Shown: piece by piece, positions 26,570 through 36,580 of the stretch
Layout: every line of letters begins with the position of its first letter
Numbering within the stretch: the stretch's first letter is position 1
Assembly (NCBI GenBank): GCA_965221125.1
Contig: CBDCRW010000004.1
Span: 640,001 to 704,000 of the forward strand
From: Alphaproteobacteria bacterium
GTDB taxonomy: Bacteria > Pseudomonadota > Alphaproteobacteria > UBA828
Direction of reading: 5' to 3'
DNA length: 64,000 bases
The notes under the pieces: model-generated
What the model saw: only the letters and a program-made list of their open reading frames with translations
Database searches by the model: none
Told to the model about the DNA's origin: nothing
Translations under genes and position numbers: made by a program

Positions 26570-27310
26570 TCAGAGAAGCCCCAGCGCCTGGAAGCTGACC
26601 GCGTTGCACGGGGCGACGATGACGTGGTCGAGCAGCGCGACGTCGATCGTCTTCAGCGCGTCGCGGATGCGGTTCGTCATGGCGATGTCCGCCCTGGACG
26701 GGTTCGGGTCCGAACTGGGATGGTTGTGAATTGCGATGACCGCGCTCGCCTGAAGCTCCAGCGCCCGCACGCAGATTTCGCGGGGATAGGCCGGCGTGTG
26801 GCAAACGGAGCCGCGCTGGTGGAGCTCGTCGGCGAGGAGCCTGTTCTTCCGGTCCAGGTGCAAGATCCGGAATTCCTCGACCTCGCGGTGCCCGGCGAGG
26901 GTGCGGCAGTACTCGATCACCTTGTCGTAGCTGCCGAGCGATGGGCGCACCGTGTCGGGCACCTCGGCCCTTGCCATGCGGATGCCGAGCGCTTCGGCGG
27001 CCTTGAGGGCGGCGACGGCGTCTTCCGGCAAGCCGTGCACGGTGTGCAGGCGGGCCGGCCGGGCGGCGAGGACGCGCGGCGCGGTGCCGAACATGTCGAG
27101 CAGGCTCGCGGCAAGTGCGCTTGCGTCGTCCACCGACGAGCACCCGGTGAGCAACAGCTCCAGCAGATCGCGGTCGTCGACAGCCTCGTGGCTGGCGCGC
27201 AGGAAGCGGCGCTGGAGTCGGCGGCGGCCCGCAGCCTGCCGGATGGACGCGGGCCCGGCAGGCAGGTCGTAAAGCGGCATCTCGTCGAAACCCGTCACGG
27301 GGTCGGGCAT
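26570..27310 (-). CDS. radC: RadC/JAB-domain protein
   Basis: HhH-like N-terminal half; EEFR..., YPREI, HNHPS..PNPSRAD, LLDHVIV. Confidence 0.92.
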   Translation of the reverse strand: MPDPVTGFDEMPLYDLPAGPASIRQAAGRRRLQRRFLRASHEAVDDRDLLELLLTGCSSVDDASALAASLLDMFGTAPRVLAARPARLHTVHGLPEDAVAALKAAEALGIRMARAEVPDTVRPSLGSYDKVIEYCRTLAGHREVEEFRILHLDRKNRLLADELHQRGSVCHTPAYPREICVRALELQASAVIAIHNHPSSDPNPSRADIAMTNRIRDALKTIDVALLDHVIVAPCNAVSFQALGLL

Positions 27311-27356
27311 GGCGACATCCTCCATGGGGTCGAAGGGAAGCGGCGTGGACGCGGGG

Positions 27357-27590
27357 TCAGTGCGGCGTGTCGGCCTCCGGCATCGGGTCGGACGGGGCGA
27401 GATCGACCGCGACCCTGCCGTCGTGCACGATGATCGTGACGGTGCGGCCGGGCGGCATCAGCCAGAGCAGGTCGGTCCAGACGGCGCGGGCGATGGCGCG
27501 CTTGTGGGCGTCGTCGTCGGGCCCTTGCCGGGCGGGAACTCGGGATGCCGATCCGGGGGAACAGGCGGCAGGCATGGTGGCGAGCGTCAT
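27357..27590 (-). CDS. Small hypothetical protein
   Basis: RBS-like GGGAGA; backbone orientation. Confidence 0.4.
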   Translation of the reverse strand: MTLATMPAACSPGSASRVPARQGPDDDAHKRAIARAVWTDLLWLMPPGRTVTIIVHDGRVAVDLAPSDPMPEADTPH

Positions 27591-27675
27591 GGTTGCGGTC
27601 TCCCATGGTTGCGGGTCGCCCCGGCGCGCGGCGGCGCCGGGGCGGCCTCGGGGTGGATGGAGGGCCGGCAGGCGG

Positions 27676-29412
27676 TCAGGCGCCGCCCGCCGCGTTCTCG
27701 ATGTCGGCAAGCGTCACGGTCACGTCGGGGCGGTGGATGCGGATGTCGACGGCGCGGCCCCTGGGCACGAACCAGAACAGCTCCCGCCGGACGACCTCGG
27801 CGATCGAGGTGCGGCAGGCCTCGTCATCGCTGAGCAGCAAGCGCGTCGCGAGGTGCAGCGCGTCCTCGTCGAAGCGGGCGAGCTGGGTCTCGTAGCTGTC
27901 CGCGCCGGCATCGTCCGACGGCGAGAAGAAGCCGTCGCGGAGCAGTGCGGCGAGTTCGTGGGGCTGGAGCGCGCTGTCTTTCGCGACCAGCGGAAGGGCG
28001 TCGTGGAGCCAGCTCCAGGCCTCGCCCGCGAAGGCGAGATCGGTCGGCAGGCCGAGGGTGGGCGCCGGGCCGTCCGCCGCCCGGACGGCGAGCGCGATGC
28101 GGACCGCTTCGGGCCTGGGCGGCAGCTCAGCGGCGGTCGGCCCCGTCCGCTCCGGCAGCGGCGCGTCGTCGATCGCGGAGGATTTCCCGTCCAGCACGAG
28201 CTCGGTCACGATCCCGGTCACCCGGTCGATGGCGTCATACCAGGCGTAGCCTTCGAGCCGGCGGTCGGCCTCGAACAGGCGCGGCGCGATGCCGTTGCGG
28301 TCGGCGGCGCGCCACAGCGCCTGCGCCTCGGGCGGATCGAGATCGCAGTCCATGACCAGCGCGTCCGCGCCTGCCGGGGCGAGCTTCGGCGGATCGCGCC
28401 AGTCGTCGACATTGGCGAGCGCGGGCCGCCAGGGGCGCAGCACGGCCGGCGACGGCGCGATGTCGATGCCGGCATCGCGCGCCCGCGTCCAGTCCTCGAA
28501 GGCCGGGCGCGGCGAGGGATCGGCCGCCATGGCGCGGTAGATCGCCCGCCGCGCGGCCTTGCGCATGTCCTTGAGGAAGGCGTTCTCGACCGCCTCCTTG
28601 CGGGCCGGCAGGACCAGTTCGAGATCGGGGCAATCGTCGACGTCCGCCAGGACGCTCCAGGTCGGACCGTGGACGGTGTCGACCGTGGGCAGGCCGACGG
28701 TCAGGGTGAGGCCGAAGAAGTTGAGGTCGGGGTTCCTGTAGCCGCTGCGGCGGTTCCTGAAGATGCCGAAGACGAGACCCTGCCATTGCTCGGCATGAAC
28801 CGCGCCGTCGAGGAAGGCGCGGCGGGAAAGATCTTCGGCTGCGGAGTCTCCGTCCGTGCCGTCCTCGAACACGACCGGCAGCGGGTAGTGCCGGGCGGCG
28901 TTCTCCGCGGCTGTCTTGATCGCCGCGGCAGCCTCGGTCGCCTCGAATGAAATCGACGTCCCCCAGGGATACGGGGCTTCATCGTCGGCCTGCACTTCGG
29001 CCCCGGCCTCGCCGAGAAAGTGCTCGGGCGTCAGTTGGACCCGCCAGCCGGTCGATACCTCGGCGGCGGATGAATGCGGCCTGGACGAAACGATGCAATT
29101 GCGGCGCGCCAGGCTGGCGAAGCCGAAGCCGGCGGCGTCCTCGCGCCGCACCAGCTCCCGGTCCCAGCCGTTCTCGCCGAAGCTGAGCAGGACGGCGGGA
29201 TCGGCGATGCCGGCGCCGTCGTCTGAAACGGTGACGGTGAGCGGCGTCTCGCCCGCGGTGGCGGCGGAAACCGAGATACGCACCCGCGTGGCGCTGGCGC
29301 GGCGGCTGTTCTGCAAGGTCTCGGCGAAGATGTCGGCGAGGGTGGCGGCGTAGATGCGGGTGACCCGCTTGACGGCGCTCTCGTGGATACGGGCGCGAAT
29401 GGTGCGGTTCAT
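27676..29412 (-). CDS. GHKL (HATPase_c) ATPase with long C-terminal region
   Basis: ETLQNSRRA (N box), DDGAGI (G1), AAGFGFASL (G2); GGAGG RBS. Confidence 0.85.
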   Translation of the reverse strand: MNRTIRARIHESAVKRVTRIYAATLADIFAETLQNSRRASATRVRISVSAATAGETPLTVTVSDDGAGIADPAVLLSFGENGWDRELVRREDAAGFGFASLARRNCIVSSRPHSSAAEVSTGWRVQLTPEHFLGEAGAEVQADDEAPYPWGTSISFEATEAAAAIKTAAENAARHYPLPVVFEDGTDGDSAAEDLSRRAFLDGAVHAEQWQGLVFGIFRNRRSGYRNPDLNFFGLTLTVGLPTVDTVHGPTWSVLADVDDCPDLELVLPARKEAVENAFLKDMRKAARRAIYRAMAADPSPRPAFEDWTRARDAGIDIAPSPAVLRPWRPALANVDDWRDPPKLAPAGADALVMDCDLDPPEAQALWRAADRNGIAPRLFEADRRLEGYAWYDAIDRVTGIVTELVLDGKSSAIDDAPLPERTGPTAAELPPRPEAVRIALAVRAADGPAPTLGLPTDLAFAGEAWSWLHDALPLVAKDSALQPHELAALLRDGFFSPSDDAGADSYETQLARFDEDALHLATRLLLSDDEACRTSIAEVVRRELFWFVPRGRAVDIRIHRPDVTVTLADIENAAGGA

Positions 29413-29499
29413 GGGCGAACCTCCATGAAAGTGCGGAAACGGAAACGCCCCGCCGGCGACGTTGCGCTGGCGGGGCGTTCTGGTCGGACCTGCGGGCTC

Positions 29500-31941
29500 C
29501 TACTGGACGCGGCGGAGGAACTCGGGGATCTCCATCGGGTCCGGGTGGGCGGCGTGCCCGTTGACCGGACCGGTCGCTGCGATGCCGTCCGGACCACCCG
29601 TGACAGCCGGATCGGAATCGGCCTCTCCGGCATCGCCCGGATCGGCATCCGGATCGGGATCGGCCGCTTCGGCACTGCCGTTGCCGGCATGCGCCGTCGC
29701 GCCCTCCGACGGGTCCGGCTCGGGAGCGGCATCCGTCGCCTGGCCGTTGCCGGCCGGCGCCGTTTCATCCGGATCGGTCCCGGCGCCGGCGGCCGGTTCT
29801 ACGGGTTCCGGCTTGTCGACCGGCACCGTCCCGGCGTCATCCGCCGCAGCGTCCCCGGCGTCTCCGACCGTCCGCCCGGTGTCGAACGCCGCGAAGCCGG
29901 GCGGCGTCCAGGCGAGGGCGGCCGCGTGCATCGCGGCGCTCACGCCGATGGGTGGGTCGCCGGCGGCGAAGGCGGCTTCCATCGCTTCGGCCAGCGCGGG
30001 CTTCCTGTATTTGGACCGCGCCGACGCCCAGTTGAGGCCGAACACCGTGCGGGCGATGTCGAGGACCCGCGCCTTGGCGATCCGCGACCACAGCATCGCC
30101 GCCGTCGGGCGGACATGCCTGGCGAAGTCGATGTCGAGCCGGGCGACTGTGGCTTCGAGCTCGGGACGGGCCTGGGGCTCGAAGGAGAGCTGGCCCTTTA
30201 CCGTGCGCGCGACGCAGGCGGCGAACAGTGCCTCCTTCTCCGCCCGGGGCAAGGCCCTGAGCGCGGCGAAGGACTGGCCGCCGTCCCCGATGGTGAGCCA
30301 GTCGAGAGACAGATGCGAGCGGTCCTCCAGCATGGCCTCACCGGGCGACCAGTCGGCGAAGTCGTCGTCGTTCATGCGGATGTTGGGCCGGTCCGGGCTT
30401 TCCTTGACCGCAATGTCGAGGGCGTGGTCGTGATAACCCGGCGCGAACACGGCCCGGGCCATCTGGAACAGCGCGAGGTCGAAGGCGGCCTCGAAGTCGC
30501 CGGCGAGATGCGCCTTGATGAGCGCGGTGCGGATCGCGCGCAGATCGTCCGCGAGGCCGATGCCGACGCCAGCCTCCTTGCGCGCCTCGGATTCGGGATC
30601 CTTCGGCGGTGCCATCGGCCCCGAAACGGACGGATTGACGGACGGGCCGGCAATGCGATCGCCATGACCGGCGGTGTGGACGCCTTGCGCGGCGGCGTGC
30701 GCGTCGTGACCGTTGCCGGCCCGGGTCGCCGCACCGTCGGGCTGCGCCGGCTTCGGCATGTCCTCAGGTCTAACCAGTCCCTGGATGACCTGGAGAGAGG
30801 CGTCATTGCCGATGGTGACGATGCAGCCGGCAATCGCGATATCCTCGCGCCGGAACACCGCGCGCGCCTCGATGGCGCCCTCGATCTCGTCGAGACGTGC
30901 TACGACGGCTTCACCCTCGGCGACCAGTTCGTCGGTCCAGTCGTCCTCATCGAGATTGGCTAGCTCGTCGTGACGGGTCGCCAGCTTCTCCATCTCGGCC
31001 CGCTCCTCGTCGGTCGGCGTGCCGGGCTGCGGCTCGATGCGCCCGTAGCGGGCGGTGTGGTCCCACGCGACCTCGACCATGGGGACGGCCCACTTCCAGC
31101 GCGTCGCCAGCTCGTCGGCTGCGGCCTGGAGCTTGTCGGTCGCCAGCTTCTCCAGCAGCACCGGGTCCTCGAACCAGACGCCGTGCTCGTGTTCGTCGGC
31201 GAAAAGGTCGCGCATGACCTGACCGCCGGCGGTCTCATAGGCCTCGACCCCGACGAAACGGGCGATGACCGAGGCGCCCGGCACGCGCTCCTCGGTGAGC
31301 AGGCGCTTCACCTGCCAGGCGGACGGGCGGTAGGCCTGTCCGGAGACCTGCCCCCAGACCGCCATCTGGCGCTCGCGGTCGGCGGTGACGGCGAAGGCCT
31401 TCAGCACTTCGAGGTCGATCTCGTCGGCCCGGTAGGCGTCCAGCAGCTCCGGCGCGGCGTTGCCGAGGCGCAGGCGCTGCTCGACGATGCGCTCGGACGC
31501 GCCGAACCGCGCCGCGATGGCGGACACCGACTGGCCGGCGTCGGCCAGCTCCTTGAACGCGACCACCTGGTCGGCGGGGTGCATGGCGATGCGGATGACG
31601 TTCTCGGCGAGCGAGAGTTCGGAGGGATCGGCGTCGCCGGACCTGACCTGGCAGGGAACCGGATGGTCGGCGTCGAATACGCCGTCCTCGACCAACTCCT
31701 GCATGGCCTTCAGGCGGCGGCCTCCGGCGACCACGGCATAATGCTCGGCGCCATCCTCGTCGGGTTCATCCGGGCGGACGACAAGGTTCTCCAGCAGCCC
31801 GAGGGCGGCGATGGAAGCCTTGAGCGAAGCGTCGGCCTGAGCATCGGGCGGGGTCTTGCGGACGTTCTCGGGGGCGAGCGCGAGCCGGGAGAGCGGGATC
31901 TCCCGGATGAGCGGTTCGGCCCTGGGGGCGATGAAGTTCAT
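29500..31941 (-). CDS. Long ParB/Spo0J-family protein
   Basis: ENVRK, GLLENL, VVAGGRRLKA, SLAEN..R, HPADQ, HTH; GGAG RBS before ATG at 31941. Confidence 0.9.
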   Translation of the reverse strand: MNFIAPRAEPLIREIPLSRLALAPENVRKTPPDAQADASLKASIAALGLLENLVVRPDEPDEDGAEHYAVVAGGRRLKAMQELVEDGVFDADHPVPCQVRSGDADPSELSLAENVIRIAMHPADQVVAFKELADAGQSVSAIAARFGASERIVEQRLRLGNAAPELLDAYRADEIDLEVLKAFAVTADRERQMAVWGQVSGQAYRPSAWQVKRLLTEERVPGASVIARFVGVEAYETAGGQVMRDLFADEHEHGVWFEDPVLLEKLATDKLQAAADELATRWKWAVPMVEVAWDHTARYGRIEPQPGTPTDEERAEMEKLATRHDELANLDEDDWTDELVAEGEAVVARLDEIEGAIEARAVFRREDIAIAGCIVTIGNDASLQVIQGLVRPEDMPKPAQPDGAATRAGNGHDAHAAAQGVHTAGHGDRIAGPSVNPSVSGPMAPPKDPESEARKEAGVGIGLADDLRAIRTALIKAHLAGDFEAAFDLALFQMARAVFAPGYHDHALDIAVKESPDRPNIRMNDDDFADWSPGEAMLEDRSHLSLDWLTIGDGGQSFAALRALPRAEKEALFAACVARTVKGQLSFEPQARPELEATVARLDIDFARHVRPTAAMLWSRIAKARVLDIARTVFGLNWASARSKYRKPALAEAMEAAFAAGDPPIGVSAAMHAAALAWTPPGFAAFDTGRTVGDAGDAAADDAGTVPVDKPEPVEPAAGAGTDPDETAPAGNGQATDAAPEPDPSEGATAHAGNGSAEAADPDPDADPGDAGEADSDPAVTGGPDGIAATGPVNGHAAHPDPMEIPEFLRRVQ

Positions 31942-32364
31942 TCCAGTCTCCATGGAGGGTGTTGTTTCGCACGTTATTTGACGCCGAATCTCCCAGATTA
32001 TTTGACGTGATCGCTGCCCTGATTTCCCAGATTGCTCGGTCTTTTCCGGATCGAAGCGTAGGAGCTCATGGTCTCTGCGGGCGGTCCGGGGTCGCTGTCT
32101 GATTGAGGTTTGGACTGGTGCTTGAGGAGAGCTGACGAGGTGTCGCGCGGCCGTCGGCGCGTCAAGCGGCTGCGCCGCTCCTGCGCTTCGCTTCGGCCCT
32201 TCGGGTGACTCGCCACCGTCCACACGACGAAGTGCTGCCATGGCCTGAAGCAAGCTTCCGGCCACGGACTGGCCGCTCACCTGACGTAGTATCCCGGTGG
32301 AGGCGCAGCGCCTTCCGGACCGTTGGGGAAGGGTGGTTCCCGACGGCGGTTCCGGCTCGAACCC

Positions 32365-33405
32365 CTAGGCGTTGGCGGAACCGGGCTCCGGGAACCGCGG
32401 GGCCTGCGGCCGACTGCTGCCGTTGGCGGCGGCGGCCGCCGCCCGCTTGTCCGCTGCGCCTGCGACGACGCTGTAGCCGCCCTCGGCGTTGCGCGCGACG
32501 CGACCCTCCTGGACGAGCTTTTGCAAGATTACGCCGACGGTCTTGTGCCGGGTCGCGGCGCGTTCCCGGATCTGGCGTTGCGAGAGCGGCGCCCCGGCGT
32601 CGGCGAGCGCCTTGAGAACGCGGCATTCGGGTGTTTCGGGCTGAGGCGCCCCGCCGCCGGCCGTGGGCGGCTGGCGCAGCCGGAAGGAGGGCTCCTCTCC
32701 GTCTTCCTTGAGCTCGATCTCGATGTCGTCGAGACCGCGTGCGGCGCGATGCTCGACGGTCATGAGGGTCTGCCGGTCCCGGCGGCGCAGGTAGAGGTTC
32801 GAGTCCCCCCAGGCGTGCAGCTCACTGCTGCCCCGCAGGGCCTGCCCCGGCCTCGTGGCCCCGCTCTTGCGGGCGTGGTGGACGAGGAGGACGGCGGTCT
32901 CGAAGCGGCGTTGCAGGTCGCGCAGGAAGCCGAGGATCGGGGCGACGTCCGCAACCGTGTTCTCGTCCACGCCGTGCAGGCGGACCAGGGGGTCGAGGAC
33001 CACGAGGCGCGGTGCGATGCGCTCCACGGTCTGCTGCAGGCGGCGGCGGTCGTCGAGATGGTCGAGGCGCAGTGTGGGCACGTCGATGACGGCGATGTCG
33101 AGGGTCTCGAAGCGGGCGCCTGCGGCGCGGGCGATCCCCTGCAGGCGCTTGCGCACGAGGTGGCCGGCGTCTTCTGCGGCGAACAGCAGGACCGGGCCAG
33201 GCCGGGCCGGGGCGAAGTGCCGCAGGCATGGGACGCCGGCGGCGACTGCGACCGCGAGGTCCAGCGCCAGGATGGACTTGCCGCACTTCGGCTCGCCGCC
33301 GACGATGCCGACGGCCTGCTCGCCCCATAGCGTGTCCACCAGCCATTGCTGCTCGCGCGGCCGCTCCTCCAGCTCGATCGGGGCGCGGGTCGGGAAGCCG
33401 GTCAT
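32365..33405 (-). CDS. AAA_25 / RepA-like (SF4) helicase-ATPase with C-terminal winged HTH
   Basis: GEPKCGKS, VVLDPL, LVHHARK, ALRGSS; ATGA overlap with the upstream ATPase. Confidence 0.85.
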   Translation of the reverse strand: MTGFPTRAPIELEERPREQQWLVDTLWGEQAVGIVGGEPKCGKSILALDLAVAVAAGVPCLRHFAPARPGPVLLFAAEDAGHLVRKRLQGIARAAGARFETLDIAVIDVPTLRLDHLDDRRRLQQTVERIAPRLVVLDPLVRLHGVDENTVADVAPILGFLRDLQRRFETAVLLVHHARKSGATRPGQALRGSSELHAWGDSNLYLRRRDRQTLMTVEHRAARGLDDIEIELKEDGEEPSFRLRQPPTAGGGAPQPETPECRVLKALADAGAPLSQRQIRERAATRHKTVGVILQKLVQEGRVARNAEGGYSVVAGAADKRAAAAAANGSSRPQAPRFPEPGSANA

Positions 33406-34205
33406 GGCCGCAGTTCCTCGAGCGCGTGCTGCAGGTGGTCGGCACTGACGGTCCTCGCCTCGTCGAGAGCGGCGGCGGAGAGCGCGTAGTGGGCGATGCG
33501 GTTGATCTGGCGCGGCAGGCCGCGCGCGCCCTGGAACAGGGCCTCGACGGCGGGCTCTTCGAACAGCGGCAGTTCGCATCCCGCGAGCCTGAGGCGGTGC
33601 TTGATGTAAGCGTCGACCTCGTCGCGGTCGAGACCGCTCAGGTGGTGGCGGACGACGAGGCGCTGGCTGAGGGATTCGTGCATGGCCATGGCCAGGCGGC
33701 GCCTGAGCTCGGTCAGACCGACGAGGACGAGGCACAGGCGCTGCTCTGCATCCATGGCGAAGTTGGTGAGCAGGCGCAGGTCCTCAAGGACGTCGTTGCG
33801 CAGATGATGGGCCTCGTCGATGACGAGGACCGGCAGCTGCTTGGCCTCGGTGACGAGGCGGGAGATCTCGTTTCGGATGGCCTGATAGGCCGAGGCGCGG
33901 GAGCGCTCGATGGGCAGGCCGATCTCCCACGCGATCGCCTTGTACATGTCGAGCACGTTGCCCGTGGTCAGCGAGACGTAGTGGACCCGGTAGAGGCCTG
34001 GATGAAGCTGCGCGGTCAGATGCCGGCACACGGTGGTCTTGCCGGAGCCCACCTCGCCGGTGAGCAGGCCGATGCCGCGCAGGTCGATGAGGTGGCCGAG
34101 CCTGGCCTCGGCCTCGCGGCGCGCGTTGGACTCGAACAGCTCGTCGGTCTCTGCCGGGGTCTCGAAGGGCAGGCGGGTGAAGGCGAAGTGGCGCAGGTAC
34201 ATCAC
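33402..34205 (-). CDS. ExeA/TniB/TnsC-like AAA+ ATPase
   Basis: MYLRHF..PF, GEVGSGKT, IDEAH, GLPRQIN. Confidence 0.9.
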   Translation of the reverse strand: MMYLRHFAFTRLPFETPAETDELFESNARREAEARLGHLIDLRGIGLLTGEVGSGKTTVCRHLTAQLHPGLYRVHYVSLTTGNVLDMYKAIAWEIGLPIERSRASAYQAIRNEISRLVTEAKQLPVLVIDEAHHLRNDVLEDLRLLTNFAMDAEQRLCLVLVGLTELRRRLAMAMHESLSQRLVVRHHLSGLDRDEVDAYIKHRLRLAGCELPLFEEPAVEALFQGARGLPRQINRIAHYALSAAALDEARTVSADHLQHALEELRP

Positions 34206-35530
34206 TCGTCCTCCTTCTTGTCCTTGAGGTTGCGCATGGCCAGCGGCGAGGGCGGAGGCTCGGGCGCCGGATCTTCGGCCTCGATCTCCCTGGCCGGGTA
34301 GGTGCGCCTGACGGCGGTATTGGCGTAGGCGTCGAGAGGGCTGGCCTTGCCGGCCGGCTTGCCGTCATGGACCACGTCGAGAGGGCGCGAGGGCGGCGCG
34401 GCCGGGTCGTAGCGCAGGATGACGTTCTGACCCACCAGGAGGGCGTCGACCTCGTAGACGCGGCCGTTCAGACTAACGGTGCGGTCCTTGTAGACACGGC
34501 GCCTGGCCTCGAAGAGGAACAGATCGTCGAGGTCCATGGTGGCGTCGGGATAGCGCACGCCGGCCGAGGCCAGCGCCCACTGCTCAAGCGGGGTGCGCCC
34601 CTCGTCGAGGCCACGATGCGGGCTGTTGTGATACTCCCCCTCGATCCAGGCCCAGAGGCTGCGGTTGAGCGCCTCCAGGCTGTCGACGTCATCGCCGAGG
34701 TGGCGGAGCCAGCCGGCCCGGAGGGTGCGGAAGAAGCGCTCGATCTTACCCTTTCCCGCTGGCTGGAACGCCCTTGCGTGAATCAACGCAACGCCGAGCC
34801 TGGCGCAGACCAGGGAGAGATGACGGGAGCGGTAGGCGCTTCCGTTGTCGACGTACAAGCGGGCCGGGAGGCCGCGCCGGATCAGCGCGTCCTTGAACAC
34901 CGGCAGGAACGCCGCAGTGTTCTCCGCCATGGCGAAGGCGGCGAACGGGATGACGCGGGTGGCGTCGTCGATGAAGGCGATCAGGTAGGTCTTGCGCCGG
35001 GTTCGGCCGTGCCGGACCTTGGGTCCGTGCATGACGTCGCTCATCCACATCTCGCCGGCATGCCGGAAGGCGAAGCGGCGGCGATCCGCCCCGTCGGGCG
35101 GCTTCTTGTCGAACAGGCCCTCGCGGCTGAAGAGGCGGTGCACGGTGGACGAGGCGAGCGGGTGGTCGATACCCTCCTCCTTGACCTTCTGGATGATGGC
35201 GCGAACCGACAATGCGTCGTTCTCGGTCTTCAGCGCGATGAGGCGCTCGGCGACCTCGGGCGGCAGCCGCCGGGGCTTCCCCCGGTCGGTGCGGGGCTTG
35301 GGGTAGAGCGCGTCGAAGCCGCCGTAGCGGTAGTCCTTGATCCAGCGCCGCATGGTCTCGGCGGCGACCCGGGTCCTGGTGGTTCCGGGGATCGTGTAGG
35401 TCTTCTCGGCTTTGGCGCGCATCATCGCGCCGGCACCCGGTGCACCCACGGGCAGATGCACCAGATCGGCGATGACGTCGTATCGGAAGAGCGCGATCTG
35501 TTGGCGAAGGTCGTCGTCTGAGCTGTTCAT
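34202..35530 (-). CDS. DDE transposase (integrase core plus Mu-like C-terminal domain)
   Basis: WMSD, IDDATR, YVDNGSAY, GKGKIERFF, YHNSPH. Confidence 0.92.
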   Translation of the reverse strand: MNSSDDDLRQQIALFRYDVIADLVHLPVGAPGAGAMMRAKAEKTYTIPGTTRTRVAAETMRRWIKDYRYGGFDALYPKPRTDRGKPRRLPPEVAERLIALKTENDALSVRAIIQKVKEEGIDHPLASSTVHRLFSREGLFDKKPPDGADRRRFAFRHAGEMWMSDVMHGPKVRHGRTRRKTYLIAFIDDATRVIPFAAFAMAENTAAFLPVFKDALIRRGLPARLYVDNGSAYRSRHLSLVCARLGVALIHARAFQPAGKGKIERFFRTLRAGWLRHLGDDVDSLEALNRSLWAWIEGEYHNSPHRGLDEGRTPLEQWALASAGVRYPDATMDLDDLFLFEARRRVYKDRTVSLNGRVYEVDALLVGQNVILRYDPAAPPSRPLDVVHDGKPAGKASPLDAYANTAVRRTYPAREIEAEDPAPEPPPSPLAMRNLKDKKEDE

Positions 35531-35575
35531 GGTGCGATCCTCGTTCAGGGACTCCCTGGCCCCGGGATCGTCACG

Positions 35576-36211
35576 CTACGAACTCTCCGGCGGCGGGTCC
35601 GGCCCCGCCCGTTGTTGGAACTGCGGTTTGCGATTCCCCACGTCGATGCCGTGGGGTTGGAAGCCCAGAGGCGCGGGTAGCGTCCGGAGCTGCCCGGCGA
35701 CCAGGCCGCGCAGTTCCATCAACGCGCTGTCGCTCTTCAGACGCTCGCGCACCGCGCTCATGGTGGGCGCGCAGCCCGCGAGCAGGTCGGGGATCAGGCC
35801 GATGACGCGCACAAGCGCGTCGTGCACAAGCTTCAGCCTGCGGCGGATCCAACGCACGGCGCCGGGAAGCTCGATGGCGTCCTCGTCCTCGGGGCAGCGC
35901 ACCTCGTCCGCTGCCTCCTCCAGGCTGCCGGCCTCCTCCGCCACGACAACAACCGCTTCCAGCGCATCGAGCGTGCCCGGCAGCCGCGCCGCCAGACAGT
36001 CGGCCAGCAGGCCGATGGTCGTATGGCTCTCACGGCAATACCAGCGAGGAACCCTTGCGCCGGGCGGGGTCTTCCGCTCGTAGGTGCCGTGGCTTGCCAC
36101 AGAACATCCGCCGTGCGGGTGATTCGGGCAGCGCTCAAGCCTTGCGTCGCGCCACGCCTCGGTCTTAACGTATTCCTCGCTGGTGAGCCCCGTTTCGTAG
36201 CGAAGCTGCAC
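35576..36211 (-). CDS. Zn-finger-like transposon accessory protein (DUF6431-like)
   Basis: CPNH..GC..HGTYER..RWYC; first gene of the transposon operon. Confidence 0.7.
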   Translation of the reverse strand: MQLRYETGLTSEEYVKTEAWRDARLERCPNHPHGGCSVASHGTYERKTPPGARVPRWYCRESHTTIGLLADCLAARLPGTLDALEAVVVVAEEAGSLEEAADEVRCPEDEDAIELPGAVRWIRRRLKLVHDALVRVIGLIPDLLAGCAPTMSAVRERLKSDSALMELRGLVAGQLRTLPAPLGFQPHGIDVGNRKPQFQQRAGPDPPPESS

Positions 36212-36580
36212 CGGCCCTGGCCCGGCGGGAGTTCCGTCCCCCGGGCCTCTCTTTGTCGTTCAGTGAGAGGCCAAGATTACGGACGCTCCCCGCCGCCGCC
36301 AAGCTGTGGAGCCGTGGACGCGTCCTGCGGACCGATCGGCGTCCTGCGGACCGTGTGGACAGCCCGTGGACAAGCTGGCGCTTGCCCACCGCCTGACCAC
36401 ACTCGCCGATCTCGCGCCCACCGCTCCACAGCTTCAACAGCAATGAGGATTCTGCTGAGGATCAAAAAAATGCCGCAGGCAGCGTCCTTCCCGCACTCGG
36501 CCACCATCCCGGGAAATCCACCAACCAATCAAAGTGAGAAAAAAACCCGTGCTTCTATCCGGCTAGACCGGAAAACAACA

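Larger units (their letters stand above)
31960..36580 (-). mobile_element. Mu/Tn7-like DDE transposon with four co-oriented genes
   Basis: Inverted termini TGTTGTTT (31960) and AAACAACA (36573-36580); repeats TTATTTGACG (31974, 31998) and TCCCAGATT (31991, 32025) in the left end; no target duplication. Confidence 0.78.

Noticed and set aside
31942-32280. N-terminal extension of ParB in the ORF track (926 aa)
   Set aside because: It runs through the transposon end; a GGAG RBS supports the ATG at 31941.
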